This document shows, one piece after another, positions 49,589 through 58,374 of a stretch of DNA of 64,000 bases; position 1 is the stretch's first letter, and every line of letters begins with the position of its first letter. The notes below the pieces were generated by a model. That model made no database searches, was not told the origin of the DNA, and was given only the letters and a program-made list of their open reading frames with translations. This DNA is from Lachnospiraceae bacterium (GTDB lineage Bacteria > Bacillota > Clostridia > Lachnospirales > Lachnospiraceae): assembly GCA_045586385.1 (NCBI GenBank), contig JAZNAE010000005.1, forward strand, positions 10,685-74,684. The letters run 5' to 3'. The position numbers were made by a program, and so were the translations under genes.

Positions 49589-51013
49589 GTGAAAACTACA
49601 GTACAAGACATCATGGAACTCATCCGTGAAAAAGACATTAAAATGGTTGATTTTAAAATGGTTGACATTAACGGACAGTTCCGCCATGTTACCATTCCGG
49701 CAAAGAATTTTTCGGAAGAAACAATGAAAAGCGGCATTGGTTTTGATGCATCAAACTATGGATATGCAGTTGTAGAAAAGAGCGATATGGTATTTATCCC
49801 TGATCCGGATACTGCCTGTATCGATCCTTTCTGTGAAATCCCCACATTATCCATGACAGGTAATGCGATGATTATCGATAATCCCGAAAATCGTCCGCTT
49901 TCACAGTATCCCAGAAATATCGTTCTGGCTGCTGAGCAGTACATGAAAGATAGTGGTATTGCAGACACCATGCTGATTCTTCCTGAATTTGAATTTTATT
50001 TATTTGACCAGGTAGGCTGGCAGGTAGCACCCAATTCCATCGGAATGTCTCTTGATGTAAATCAGGCATACTGGAACGGTGATGTAGACGGCAAGGGATG
50101 TGTAGTTCCCAAGCAGAAAGCTTACCATGTAGCTAAACCTTACGATGCAAGTTATGAGTGTAGAAGTGAAATGTGTATGCTTATGGAAGAAATGGGTATT
50201 CCGATTAAGTATCATCATCCCGAAGTAGGTGCGGCAGGTCAGTTTGAAATCGAGCCTCAGCTCGGACAGATGTCTAAGATGGCAGATGCTTCCATGATGA
50301 TTAAATACATCATTCACAACACAGCAATGAAATATGGTAAGACAGCAACCTTTATGCCTAAGCCTGTATACGGTGAAGCAGGTAACGGTATGCATGTACA
50401 TATGTTACTTCTTAAGGATGACCAGCCGGTATTCTCAGATGATAACGGTTACTCCAACTTGAGCAAGGAAGCACATTGGTTCATGGGCGGCTTGTTAAAA
50501 CATATTGCATCCTTATGTGCAATCACAAACCCCAGTACTAACTCTTTTAAACGTCTGGTTCCCGGATTTGAAGCACCGGTTACCGTAGGATATGCGACAT
50601 CCAACCGTAGTGCGGTTATCCGTATTCCTGCATACGCGAAGTCTCCCAAGATGAGACGTTTTGAACTTCGTAATCCTGATGCAACCTGTAATCCTTACTT
50701 CTGCTATGCAGCAATCTTAATGGCAGGTCTTGACGGTATCAAGAACAAAATCGATCCTCATGAAAACGGATGGGGACCTTACGATATGAACTTATATAAT
50801 TTATCAGATGAAGAAAAAGCGAAACTGAAAGGACTTCCCACCTCATTAGAACAGGCACTGGATGCACTTGAAGCAGATCATGATTACCTGACAGCAGGCG
50901 GTGTATTCCCTGAAGCCCTCTTAAAGAACTTTATTGCATCTAAGAGAGCAGAGTGCAGTCAGATGGCAGCAATTCCTCATCCTGCTGAATTTGAGAAGTA
51001 TTATAATTTATAA
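49589..51013 (+). CDS. glnA: Type I glutamine synthetase
   Basis: FDAS, PEFEF, FMPKP...AGNGMHVH, NS.KRLVPG.EAP, NRS..IR.P, E.R.PD...NPY; GTG start. Confidence 0.95.
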   Translation: MKTTVQDIMELIREKDIKMVDFKMVDINGQFRHVTIPAKNFSEETMKSGIGFDASNYGYAVVEKSDMVFIPDPDTACIDPFCEIPTLSMTGNAMIIDNPENRPLSQYPRNIVLAAEQYMKDSGIADTMLILPEFEFYLFDQVGWQVAPNSIGMSLDVNQAYWNGDVDGKGCVVPKQKAYHVAKPYDASYECRSEMCMLMEEMGIPIKYHHPEVGAAGQFEIEPQLGQMSKMADASMMIKYIIHNTAMKYGKTATFMPKPVYGEAGNGMHVHMLLLKDDQPVFSDDNGYSNLSKEAHWFMGGLLKHIASLCAITNPSTNSFKRLVPGFEAPVTVGYATSNRSAVIRIPAYAKSPKMRRFELRNPDATCNPYFCYAAILMAGLDGIKNKIDPHENGWGPYDMNLYNLSDEEKAKLKGLPTSLEQALDALEADHDYLTAGGVFPEALLKNFIASKRAECSQMAAIPHPAEFEKYYNL

Positions 51014-51029
51014 AAACAGCAATTAGTCG

Positions 51030-51060
51030 AGCCCCTGTCAAAAAACGACAGGGGCTTATA
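51030..51060 (+). terminator. glnA terminator
   Basis: AGCCCCTGTC-aaaaaac-GACAGGGGCT. Confidence 0.75.
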
Positions 51061-51083
51061 TAACATTAATAAGGAGTTTGTTT

Positions 51084-52127
51084 ATGAAATATCCCGCATT
51101 TTTAAAAGAAAACGGAACAATCGGATTTGTTGCCCCTGCTTTTGGGTGTAATATAGAGCCATATAAATCAGCATTTCAAAATGCACAGAAAAAATTGAAA
51201 CAAATGGGTTATCAGATGGATGTAGGCCCTAACTGTTATGAAGGACGTGGAATCGGCATCAGCAATACACCAAAAACTTGCGGAGAAGAGCTGACCGATT
51301 ATTATTTCAGTGAGAATAATGATGTTCTGATATCCTGCGGCGGCGGAGAGTTAATGTGTGAAACCATAAGCCGGGTGGATTTTGATGCATTAAAGAGTGC
51401 AGAGCCGAAATGGTATACCGGATATTCCGATAACACAAACATGACCTTCTTATTGGCGACAATTTGCGATACCGCATCTCTATACGGACCTTGCGCCGCA
51501 GCGTACGGAATGGAGCCGTGGCATCCGTCTATCAGTGATATGTTTGACTTTTTGAAAGGACAAAAGCTTACTTTTGAAAGTTATGATTTGTGGGAAAAGG
51601 AAGGGCTAAAAGATGCAGAACATCCGTTGCTGCCATATCATTGTACAGAAAAATCGGAAGTGAAAATCTTTATGCCGAAAGATGATACTATGGAAGAAGT
51701 AAGCTGCGGTAAGATGCAGGGGCGACTCTTAGGCGGTTGTATGGATTGTCTTGTGAATCTGACAGGTACGAAATTCGACAAAGTAAAAGAATTCACAGAG
51801 AAATATAAGGAAGACGGTATACTTTGGTTTTTAGAGGCTTGTGACTTAAATGTATTCAGTATACGAAGGGCGATGTGGCAGATGAAGGAAGCCGGTTGGT
51901 TTCAGCATGTAAGAGGATTTGTTATCGGAAGACCCTTAAATGGTGAGGAAATGATGGGACTTGATCAGTATGAAGCCGTGCTTGGTATTGCAAAGGAATA
52001 CAGGGTTCCAGTGTTCATGGACGCAGATTTGGGACACCTGCCTCCTGCCATGCCGTTTGTGACGGGAAGTGTTGCAAAGATAGAAGGAAAAGACGGAAAA
52101 ATGAGAATTTCATACGAATTAAAATAG
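51084..52127 (+). CDS. S66 LD-carboxypeptidase/MccF-like peptidase
   Basis: GYSD Ser, FLE Glu, GH.PP His; ATG 51084 after AAGGAG. Confidence 0.88.
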   Translation: MKYPAFLKENGTIGFVAPAFGCNIEPYKSAFQNAQKKLKQMGYQMDVGPNCYEGRGIGISNTPKTCGEELTDYYFSENNDVLISCGGGELMCETISRVDFDALKSAEPKWYTGYSDNTNMTFLLATICDTASLYGPCAAAYGMEPWHPSISDMFDFLKGQKLTFESYDLWEKEGLKDAEHPLLPYHCTEKSEVKIFMPKDDTMEEVSCGKMQGRLLGGCMDCLVNLTGTKFDKVKEFTEKYKEDGILWFLEACDLNVFSIRRAMWQMKEAGWFQHVRGFVIGRPLNGEEMMGLDQYEAVLGIAKEYRVPVFMDADLGHLPPAMPFVTGSVAKIEGKDGKMRISYELK

Positions 52128-52157
52128 AAGCTGCCCGACAAGCGCGATAAATGACAG

Positions 52158-52186
52158 TTGAATGGGCAAATCATGTTCCTTATAAT
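52158..52186 (+). promoter_or_regulatory. sigmaA promoter of the Spo0A_C gene
   Basis: TTGAAT-17-TATAAT. Confidence 0.7.
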
Positions 52187-52227
52187 AGTTTCGTAGCAGT
52201 ATTTGTGAAAATATGGAGGAACTTTTG

Positions 52228-52749
52228 ATGGAACAGCTAAATTTGACGACAATGAAGGATACGGAAAAGGTGCAGATGCTATTTGAAAGCCTTTTACAGA
52301 TGAACAGAGAATTCCAGATTATGATTACGGTACCTTCGGAGATAAGAAGCGCAGAAAAAGAAGGAAAAGAAATAAAAGCGGCAGAAACGCCTCTTACCTT
52401 TGACCTAGAAAAAGACGTAACGGATATGATACATGAGATAGGCGTGCCTGCACATATAAAAGGATATCAGTATTTACGAGAGGCAATTATGATGTCAGTG
52501 AAGGAAGCAGATATGCTTGGGTCTATTACCAAGGTGCTTTATCCAACCATTGCGGAAAAATATCAGACCACATCAAGCCGTGTGGAGAGAGCTATCCGTC
52601 ATGCCATTGAGGTCGCATGGAACAGAGGACGCATGGAAACTTTGGATAATTTGTTCGGATATACCATAAACACAGGAAAAGGCAAACCCACCAATTCCGA
52701 ATTTATTGCACTGATTGCAGATAAAATCAGATTGCAGTACAGAAAATAG
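52228..52749 (+). CDS. Spo0A C-terminal effector-domain protein lacking a receiver domain
   Basis: [19 protein letters not shown]...[17 protein letters not shown]...KPTNSEFIA; about 55-aa non-receiver N-terminus; ATG 52228 after GGAGG. Confidence 0.9.
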   Translation: MEQLNLTTMKDTEKVQMLFESLLQMNREFQIMITVPSEIRSAEKEGKEIKAAETPLTFDLEKDVTDMIHEIGVPAHIKGYQYLREAIMMSVKEADMLGSITKVLYPTIAEKYQTTSSRVERAIRHAIEVAWNRGRMETLDNLFGYTINTGKGKPTNSEFIALIADKIRLQYRK

Positions 52750-52774
52750 AGAAAAGAATGAATGACGGAAACTT

Positions 52775-52820
52775 AAATTTCGGCAGGCAGAAATATCTGT
52801 TTGCCGAAATTTTCTCTTTA
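52775..52820 (+). terminator. Terminator after the Spo0A_C gene
   Basis: AAATTTCGGCAGGCAGA-aata-TCTGTTTGCCGAAATTT (two G-U) then T-rich run. Confidence 0.75.
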
Positions 52821-52880
52821 ATTGCTAGATTGCTTGTTGTATAATAGTTCTATAACTATTAATGTTTTGGAGGATTTGTG

Positions 52881-54326
52881 ATGAAGAAGATTCTTTTTGT
52901 CGCATCGGAAGGGGTTCCGTTTATCAAAACAGGAGGATTGGCAGACGTAGTCGGTTCGCTTCCGAAGTGCATTGATAAGAATTATTTTGATGTCAGGGTA
53001 GTCCTTCCCAAGTATTCCTGCATGAAACAGGAAATGAAGGATAAACTTAGTTACGTGACTCATTTTTATATGGATTTTCATTGGAAAAATGAGTACGTAG
53101 GCGTAATGTACGCAGAGGTAGATGGGGTAAAATACTATTTTATTGATAATGAGATGTTCTTTACGGGATTCAAGCCTTACAGTGATAATGCTTTGTTTGA
53201 AATCGAAAAATATGCATTCTTTTCCAAAGCAGCATTATCAATTTTGCCGGTAATTGATTTCAGACCGGATGTGATTCATTGTCATGATTGGCAGACAGGA
53301 CTTATTCCTGTTTATTTAAAAGAGAGATTCCAGGGAAATGAATTTTATCGCGGCATTAAGTCCGTTATGACGATTCACAACCTGAAGTTTCAGGGTAAAT
53401 GGAGTGTGAAAGAAGTTCAGGATATCACAGGATTGCCTGATTACTACTTCACACCGGACAAGTTAGAATCCTTTAAGGATGCGAATTTACTGAAGGGTGG
53501 TCTTGTTTATGCAGACGCTATCACGACTGTTAGTGATACCTACGCAGAAGAAATTAAGACAGCTTTTTACGGAGAGAATTTGGACGGACTTCTTCGTGCC
53601 AGAAGCCATGATCTTAGAGGTATCGTAAACGGTATTGATACAGATGACTTCAATCCGGAAACAGATCCTTATATTGAACATAATTATAATGCGATGAATT
53701 TCCGGAAGGAAAAGATTAAAAATAAACGTGCCCTGCAGGCTGAACTTGGTCTTGAACAGGATGATAAGAAGTTTATGATCGGTATTGTTTCCAGACTGAC
53801 AGACCAGAAGGGATTCGATTTGATTGCTTATATTATGGACGAACTTTGTCAGAGCAATGTGCAGATTGTGGTACTTGGTACAGGTGAAGAACAGTATGAA
53901 AATATGTTCCGTCACTTTGACTGGAAGTACAATAACAAGGTTTCTGCAAATATATTCTATTCAGAGGCTTTGTCCCATAAGATTTATGCAGCATGTGATG
54001 CATTTTTGATGCCTTCACTGTTTGAGCCCTGTGGACTTAGTCAGCTGATGAGTCTTCGTTACGGAACAGTGCCCATTGTAAGAGAAACAGGCGGATTAAA
54101 AGATACCGTACAGCCGTATAATGAGTATGAGAGCAGCGGAACAGGATTTTCCTTTACCAATTACAATGCACATGAAATGCTCGGCACGATTTATTATGCT
54201 GAGAAGATATATTACGAAAAGAAAAGAGAATGGAATAAAATTATTGACCGCGCCATGGCGGCAGACTTTTCATGGAATGCATCAGCGAAGAAATATCAGG
54301 AGATGTATGACTGGCTGATCGGCTAA
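52881..54326 (+). CDS. glgA: Glycogen synthase
   Basis: KTGGLADV, HCHDWQT, TIHN, GI.NGID, PS.FEPCGL.Q, GGLKDTV; ATG 52881 after GGAGG. Confidence 0.96.
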   Translation: MKKILFVASEGVPFIKTGGLADVVGSLPKCIDKNYFDVRVVLPKYSCMKQEMKDKLSYVTHFYMDFHWKNEYVGVMYAEVDGVKYYFIDNEMFFTGFKPYSDNALFEIEKYAFFSKAALSILPVIDFRPDVIHCHDWQTGLIPVYLKERFQGNEFYRGIKSVMTIHNLKFQGKWSVKEVQDITGLPDYYFTPDKLESFKDANLLKGGLVYADAITTVSDTYAEEIKTAFYGENLDGLLRARSHDLRGIVNGIDTDDFNPETDPYIEHNYNAMNFRKEKIKNKRALQAELGLEQDDKKFMIGIVSRLTDQKGFDLIAYIMDELCQSNVQIVVLGTGEEQYENMFRHFDWKYNNKVSANIFYSEALSHKIYAACDAFLMPSLFEPCGLSQLMSLRYGTVPIVRETGGLKDTVQPYNEYESSGTGFSFTNYNAHEMLGTIYYAEKIYYEKKREWNKIIDRAMAADFSWNASAKKYQEMYDWLIG

Positions 54327-54347
54327 TAATTTTGGAGCGTAAAAGCG

Positions 54348-56012
54348 ATGCCAACAAAAAAGAGAAATGACGGAATCATATTGCAGGCGGGGATTCTGGC
54401 CACAGCCGGAATCATCGTCCGCATCATCGGACTGTTATATAACAGCCCGATGGCTGCGATTCTGGGAGATGAGGGTTTCGGATATTACAGTATGGCATAT
54501 AATGCATATGTCATTGTACTGTTGGTCTCCTCCTATAGTATCCCTTCAGCTATTTCAAAAGTAATTGCCCAGAAACTCGCATTAAAAGAATACAGAAACG
54601 CACATCGTATTTTTAAATGTGCACTTATTTACGTGCTGGTAGTAGGTGGTATTGCCAGCTTATTTGTATTTTTTGGCGCAGGTCTTTTGGTGCAGGTGGA
54701 ATATGCCAGATTGCCGCTTATGGTACTTGCCCCCGTCATCTTCTTCAGTGGAATTTTAGGTGTACTCAGAGGATATTTCCAGGCACACAAAACCATGATA
54801 CAAACATCTGTATCCCAGATAGTAGAACAGATTTTAAATGCTTTGTTCAGTATTTTGATGGCATATATTTTGGTAAAACAATTTGCCGGACTGCCTCAAA
54901 GTGAAAAGCTTTCTTACGGTGCCGCAGGCGGTGCGGTAGGTACCGGTGTAGGAGTTCTTGCTGCACTGTTATTTATGTTTGGTGTTTACTGTTTAAATAA
55001 AAAAACAATTTACAGGAGAATTGAAAAAGACCGTAGCGATAAAGAAGACTCCTACGGAGAGATTTTCAGAATGATAATTACGGTGGTGACACCGTTTATT
55101 TTAAGTACATTTATCTATAATGCTAACACGTTTATCAATCAGACCATTTATCAAAACATGATGATGGGGGAAAAAGGTCTTCTTGATACCCTTGTGGCAT
55201 CCCAGATGGGGGTTGCAGGAAAGGCTGTTAAGGTATCCAATATTCCCATTGCCCTTTCCTCTGCTATGGCGGCGGCATTAATTCCCGGAATTTCCGGTGA
55301 TTTTGCAAAGAAGGATTTAAAGGGGGTAAAGAAAAAAGTGGCCAAGTCCATGAAAGTTACTATGCTGGTATCTATTCCTGCAGCGGTTGGTATCGGAGTA
55401 CTTGCCAAGCCCATTATGTGGGTATTGTATCCGCAAAGGGAATCTATCGATCTGGCCTCATCACTTTTAATGGTTTTGGCAATCAGCGTTGTGTTTTACG
55501 GTATGTCTACCATATCGAATGCAGTACTTCAGTCGGTAGGTAAATTAAACAGTCCGGTAATCAATGCGGCAATTGCGCTGGTGGTTCAAACAATGGTGCT
55601 TATGGTTATGCTTATGGTTTGTGACGAGGCTTACGGACCATACTATTATATTATTGCAATGGTTTGCTATGCCTTGCTGGTAAGTGTTTTAAATGCTTTT
55701 TCCATAAAGCGGGCTATAAACTACAGGCAGGATATGGATAAAACCTTTGCGAGACCTTTCTTTTCTGCGGCAATTATGGGAGGCGTTGCATTCGGTGTTT
55801 ATCATGGCATTTATGCGCTTTTGCCGATTAACATAGTGGCCTTGGCGGTAGCAATCGGAATTGCGATTCCCATTTACTTTGTATTGGTAATTCGTTTGGG
55901 TGCTGTGAATGAAGAGGAACTTCGCAGTATGCCGAAAGGTTATATGTTGATCCATTTGGCAAAAAAGATGGGGATTTTAAAAAATAAAAAAGATAAAAAT
56001 GAGAATAAATAA
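54348..56012 (+). CDS. SpoVB/MurJ-like polysaccharide flippase (MOP superfamily)
   Basis: R.IG..Y, G.Y..AY, P.A.SK.IA, RGYFQ, SQ.VEQ, many TM segments. Confidence 0.85.
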   Translation: MPTKKRNDGIILQAGILATAGIIVRIIGLLYNSPMAAILGDEGFGYYSMAYNAYVIVLLVSSYSIPSAISKVIAQKLALKEYRNAHRIFKCALIYVLVVGGIASLFVFFGAGLLVQVEYARLPLMVLAPVIFFSGILGVLRGYFQAHKTMIQTSVSQIVEQILNALFSILMAYILVKQFAGLPQSEKLSYGAAGGAVGTGVGVLAALLFMFGVYCLNKKTIYRRIEKDRSDKEDSYGEIFRMIITVVTPFILSTFIYNANTFINQTIYQNMMMGEKGLLDTLVASQMGVAGKAVKVSNIPIALSSAMAAALIPGISGDFAKKDLKGVKKKVAKSMKVTMLVSIPAAVGIGVLAKPIMWVLYPQRESIDLASSLLMVLAISVVFYGMSTISNAVLQSVGKLNSPVINAAIALVVQTMVLMVMLMVCDEAYGPYYYIIAMVCYALLVSVLNAFSIKRAINYRQDMDKTFARPFFSAAIMGGVAFGVYHGIYALLPINIVALAVAIGIAIPIYFVLVIRLGAVNEEELRSMPKGYMLIHLAKKMGILKNKKDKNENK

Positions 56013-56032
56013 ATAACCTCTTGGAAATAATA
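56003..56032 (+). promoter_or_regulatory. Forespore (sigmaF/sigmaG)-type promoter
   Basis: GAATA-15-GGAAATAATA. Confidence 0.6.
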
Positions 56033-56067
56033 CCACTGTAAGTGAATATTTTTTCAGGAGGTTTTTT

Positions 56068-56253
56068 ATGGCAAATTTATCAGAACTTGACTTGCAGAAC
56101 ATCCGTCATTTAATGACAGGCTACGACACAACACATTGCAAATTAAAGGAATACGCATGCGAAGCGACTGACCCTAAAGTAAAGCAGTTTTTTGAAAAAG
56201 GTGCACAGTCCGCTATGGACAATAAAAATACACTGATGAAGTTTTTACAGTAG
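56068..56253 (+). CDS. Small spore-associated protein (Coat-F partner-like)
   Basis: 61 aa, strong AGGAGG RBS, helical half-ferritin pattern (A.DP.VK..F); paired with a Coat F-like gene. Confidence 0.6.
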   Translation: MANLSELDLQNIRHLMTGYDTTHCKLKEYACEATDPKVKQFFEKGAQSAMDNKNTLMKFLQ

Positions 56254-56266
56254 GGAGGGTGATAGT

Positions 56267-56527
56267 ATGCAGTTAAATGAAAAAACAATGGTATCAGATA
56301 CACTTACAGGTATCAACGGAGAATTGGTCCGTTTCGGTGAAATGATTGCACAGACAGAAAATAAGGAATTAAAGCAGACTTTAAAGCAGTTTAGAAATGC
56401 CTGCGAACAGTCCCAGGAAGAGATCTATCAGATTGCAAGAGATAAGGCTTATTATGTGCCTGCTTCCAAAGCGACACAGGAAGAAGTGGACCATGTAAAG
56501 AGTCTGTTTACAGAAAAGACATTATAA
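56267..56527 (+). CDS. Coat F domain spore protein
   Basis: EK.MV.D.L, TEN.ELKQ.L...RN..E..Q.EIY..A..K.YY. Confidence 0.75.
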   Translation: MQLNEKTMVSDTLTGINGELVRFGEMIAQTENKELKQTLKQFRNACEQSQEEIYQIARDKAYYVPASKATQEEVDHVKSLFTEKTL

Positions 56528-56554
56528 AAAATTGTATAATATAAAATCAAGTAG

Positions 56555-56594
56555 AAAGCATAGCTGCTCATTCAAGTGGGCAGCTATGTTTTTA
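56555..56594 (+). terminator. Terminator after the Coat-F pair
   Basis: AAAGCATAGCTGCTCA-ttcaag-TGGGCAGCTATGTTTT. Confidence 0.8.
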
Positions 56595-56617
56595 TATTAT
56601 CTAAATTGTGCGTTATA

Positions 56618-56646
56618 TTGACATAAATAGACAAAAATGATAAAAT
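56618..56646 (+). promoter_or_regulatory. Strong sigmaA promoter of the zinc-ribbon locus
   Basis: TTGACA-17-TAAAAT with extended TG. Confidence 0.8.
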
Positions 56647-56680
56647 TTTTGTAAAGTTTTTGTATACATAGGAGGGCAAT

Positions 56681-57136
56681 ATGGGTTTTTTAGACAACAT
56701 GGGCAAAACCATTTCTGATGCCAGCCAGGGAGCACTCAAAAAAGGCAGAGAAATGGCAGATGTCGCAAAGTTTAATTCTTTGATTAACGACGAAGAAAAG
56801 AGGATTACCGGTATTTATGAACAGATCGGAAAGAAGTATGTAGAGGTTTACGGAGATTCTCCGAACGAAGCATTTGCAGAACTTTTAGAACTTTTAAAGG
56901 CTTCACAGGATAAGGTTGAAGAATACCGTAATCATGTAAAGGAATTAAAGGGCGTGTCTAATTGTCCTACATGTGGAGCAGAGGTTGCTAACAATGCGCT
57001 TTTCTGTGCTGTATGCGGAACGAAGATGGCAGAGCCTGCGGCAGAACCTGTAGCGGCAGAAGTACATTGTACAGACTGTGGCGCAGTGATTGCACCCGGT
57101 AGTAAATTCTGTACATCATGTGGCAAACCGATGTAA
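56681..57136 (+). CDS. Coiled-coil + double zinc-ribbon protein
   Basis: CPTC..CAVC and CTDC..CTSC; amphipathic N-terminus; no TM. Confidence 0.85.
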   Translation: MGFLDNMGKTISDASQGALKKGREMADVAKFNSLINDEEKRITGIYEQIGKKYVEVYGDSPNEAFAELLELLKASQDKVEEYRNHVKELKGVSNCPTCGAEVANNALFCAVCGTKMAEPAAEPVAAEVHCTDCGAVIAPGSKFCTSCGKPM

Positions 57137-57179
57137 GTCGGTAAAAAATAATACAAATGATTTTTGAGAGGAGAAACAA

Positions 57180-57590
57180 ATGAAAGCAAAATTAGGAATT
57201 TCAGTTGGACTTTTAGGAGCAGCAATCTATTTTGCTGCATTATTCGGAGGATATACTCCCGTAATTTTATTAGTTGGATACGTACTTTTATTTGAAGAAA
57301 ACGAATGGTTAAAGAGAGCAGCTGTTAAAGCGGCAGTGTTAATGATTTCCATCACATTCATTTTGGCAGTAATCGGTTTGATTCCTGACTTACTGTCATG
57401 GGTTAACTCTTTGGTAGCAGTATTTAAGGGTTCCTTTAATTATGGTGTGCTCAGCGCAATCATTAGTGTTATTACAAAAGCAATCGATATCATCAGAACA
57501 TGCCTGTTCCTTCTCTTAGGTGTAAAAGCTTTAAATCAGGGTACAGTTGCAGTTCCCGTTGTTGATCAGATTGTAAATAAATATTTTTAA
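57180..57590 (+). CDS. Small polytopic membrane protein
   Basis: 136 aa, 3-4 hydrophobic segments, GAGGAG RBS. Confidence 0.75.
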   Translation: MKAKLGISVGLLGAAIYFAALFGGYTPVILLVGYVLLFEENEWLKRAAVKAAVLMISITFILAVIGLIPDLLSWVNSLVAVFKGSFNYGVLSAIISVITKAIDIIRTCLFLLLGVKALNQGTVAVPVVDQIVNKYF

Positions 57591-57605
57591 CTGGAGGAAA
57601 TAGAA

Positions 57606-58268
57606 ATGGCTAAGTTTTGTTCTAATTGCGGAGCACAGATGAATGATGAAGATAAGGTATGTGGACAGTGCGGAACACCTGTGACAGGTGCAAACGTAAA
57701 TCCCGCACCGGCAGCAGCACCCGTTGCAGATGAAGAAAAAAAGAAAAATAATAATAAGATTATCGCACTCATTGCAATTGCGATTGTTGCTATCGTGGCA
57801 ATTGTTGTGGTTGCGAATATTGCAAGTAACTTTACCGGTTATAAGGGCACCCTTAATAAAATGGTAAAGGCATTAAAAGATGATGATACAGATGTTTTAG
57901 TAGACCTTGCAAGTTCCATCAGTAATGAAGTAAATGAGGCATGGTACGGCGATGATTATGAAGATTATTATGAAGATGCTGTAGATGGTGTTCTTGATAA
58001 GTATGAAGACAAGGTAGAAAATATCAAGAAAATTTCTTATGAAATTACTGACGAAACAGAACTTTCCAAAAGACAAATGGAAGATCTTGAAGAAGCGATG
58101 ATTGACAACTACGATATGGATTTCAGTGATATTAAGAAAGTAGTAAAGGTTGACTTGAAGATAACTGTAAAGGGTTCCAAAAAGTCAGGTTCTTACAATG
58201 TAGATGACCTAATTATGGTGAAAGAAGATGGTGGTTGGAAAATCCATTACGGTAGTTTAAGTTATTAA
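57606..58268 (+). CDS. Zinc-ribbon + TM + extracellular acidic alpha/beta domain protein
   Basis: CSNC..CGQC, Pro/Ala linker, KKKNNNK stop-transfer, TM, acidic domain ending KEDGGWKI. Confidence 0.8.
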   Translation: MAKFCSNCGAQMNDEDKVCGQCGTPVTGANVNPAPAAAPVADEEKKKNNNKIIALIAIAIVAIVAIVVVANIASNFTGYKGTLNKMVKALKDDDTDVLVDLASSISNEVNEAWYGDDYEDYYEDAVDGVLDKYEDKVENIKKISYEITDETELSKRQMEDLEEAMIDNYDMDFSDIKKVVKVDLKITVKGSKKSGSYNVDDLIMVKEDGGWKIHYGSLSY

Positions 58269-58321
58269 TTTGTAGAGTCGTACGGAAAGCGGCTGTTGCT
58301 ACGAAGATATGAAAAGTAATG

Positions 58322-58357
58322 AACCTCTCCGTGTATGTGCATGGGGAGGTTTTTTTT
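58322..58357 (+). terminator. Intrinsic terminator immediately before the vWA gene RBS
   Basis: AACCTCTCCGTG-tatgtg-CATGGGGAGGTT + T-run. Confidence 0.75.
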
Positions 58358-58374
58358 GAGGGAGAGACGGTGCA

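Noticed and set aside
58276-58294. ANTAR-binding hairpin (loop ACGGAA has A1/G4)
   Set aside because: Closing pairs do not fit a hexaloop stem and no second matching hairpin overlaps the terminator
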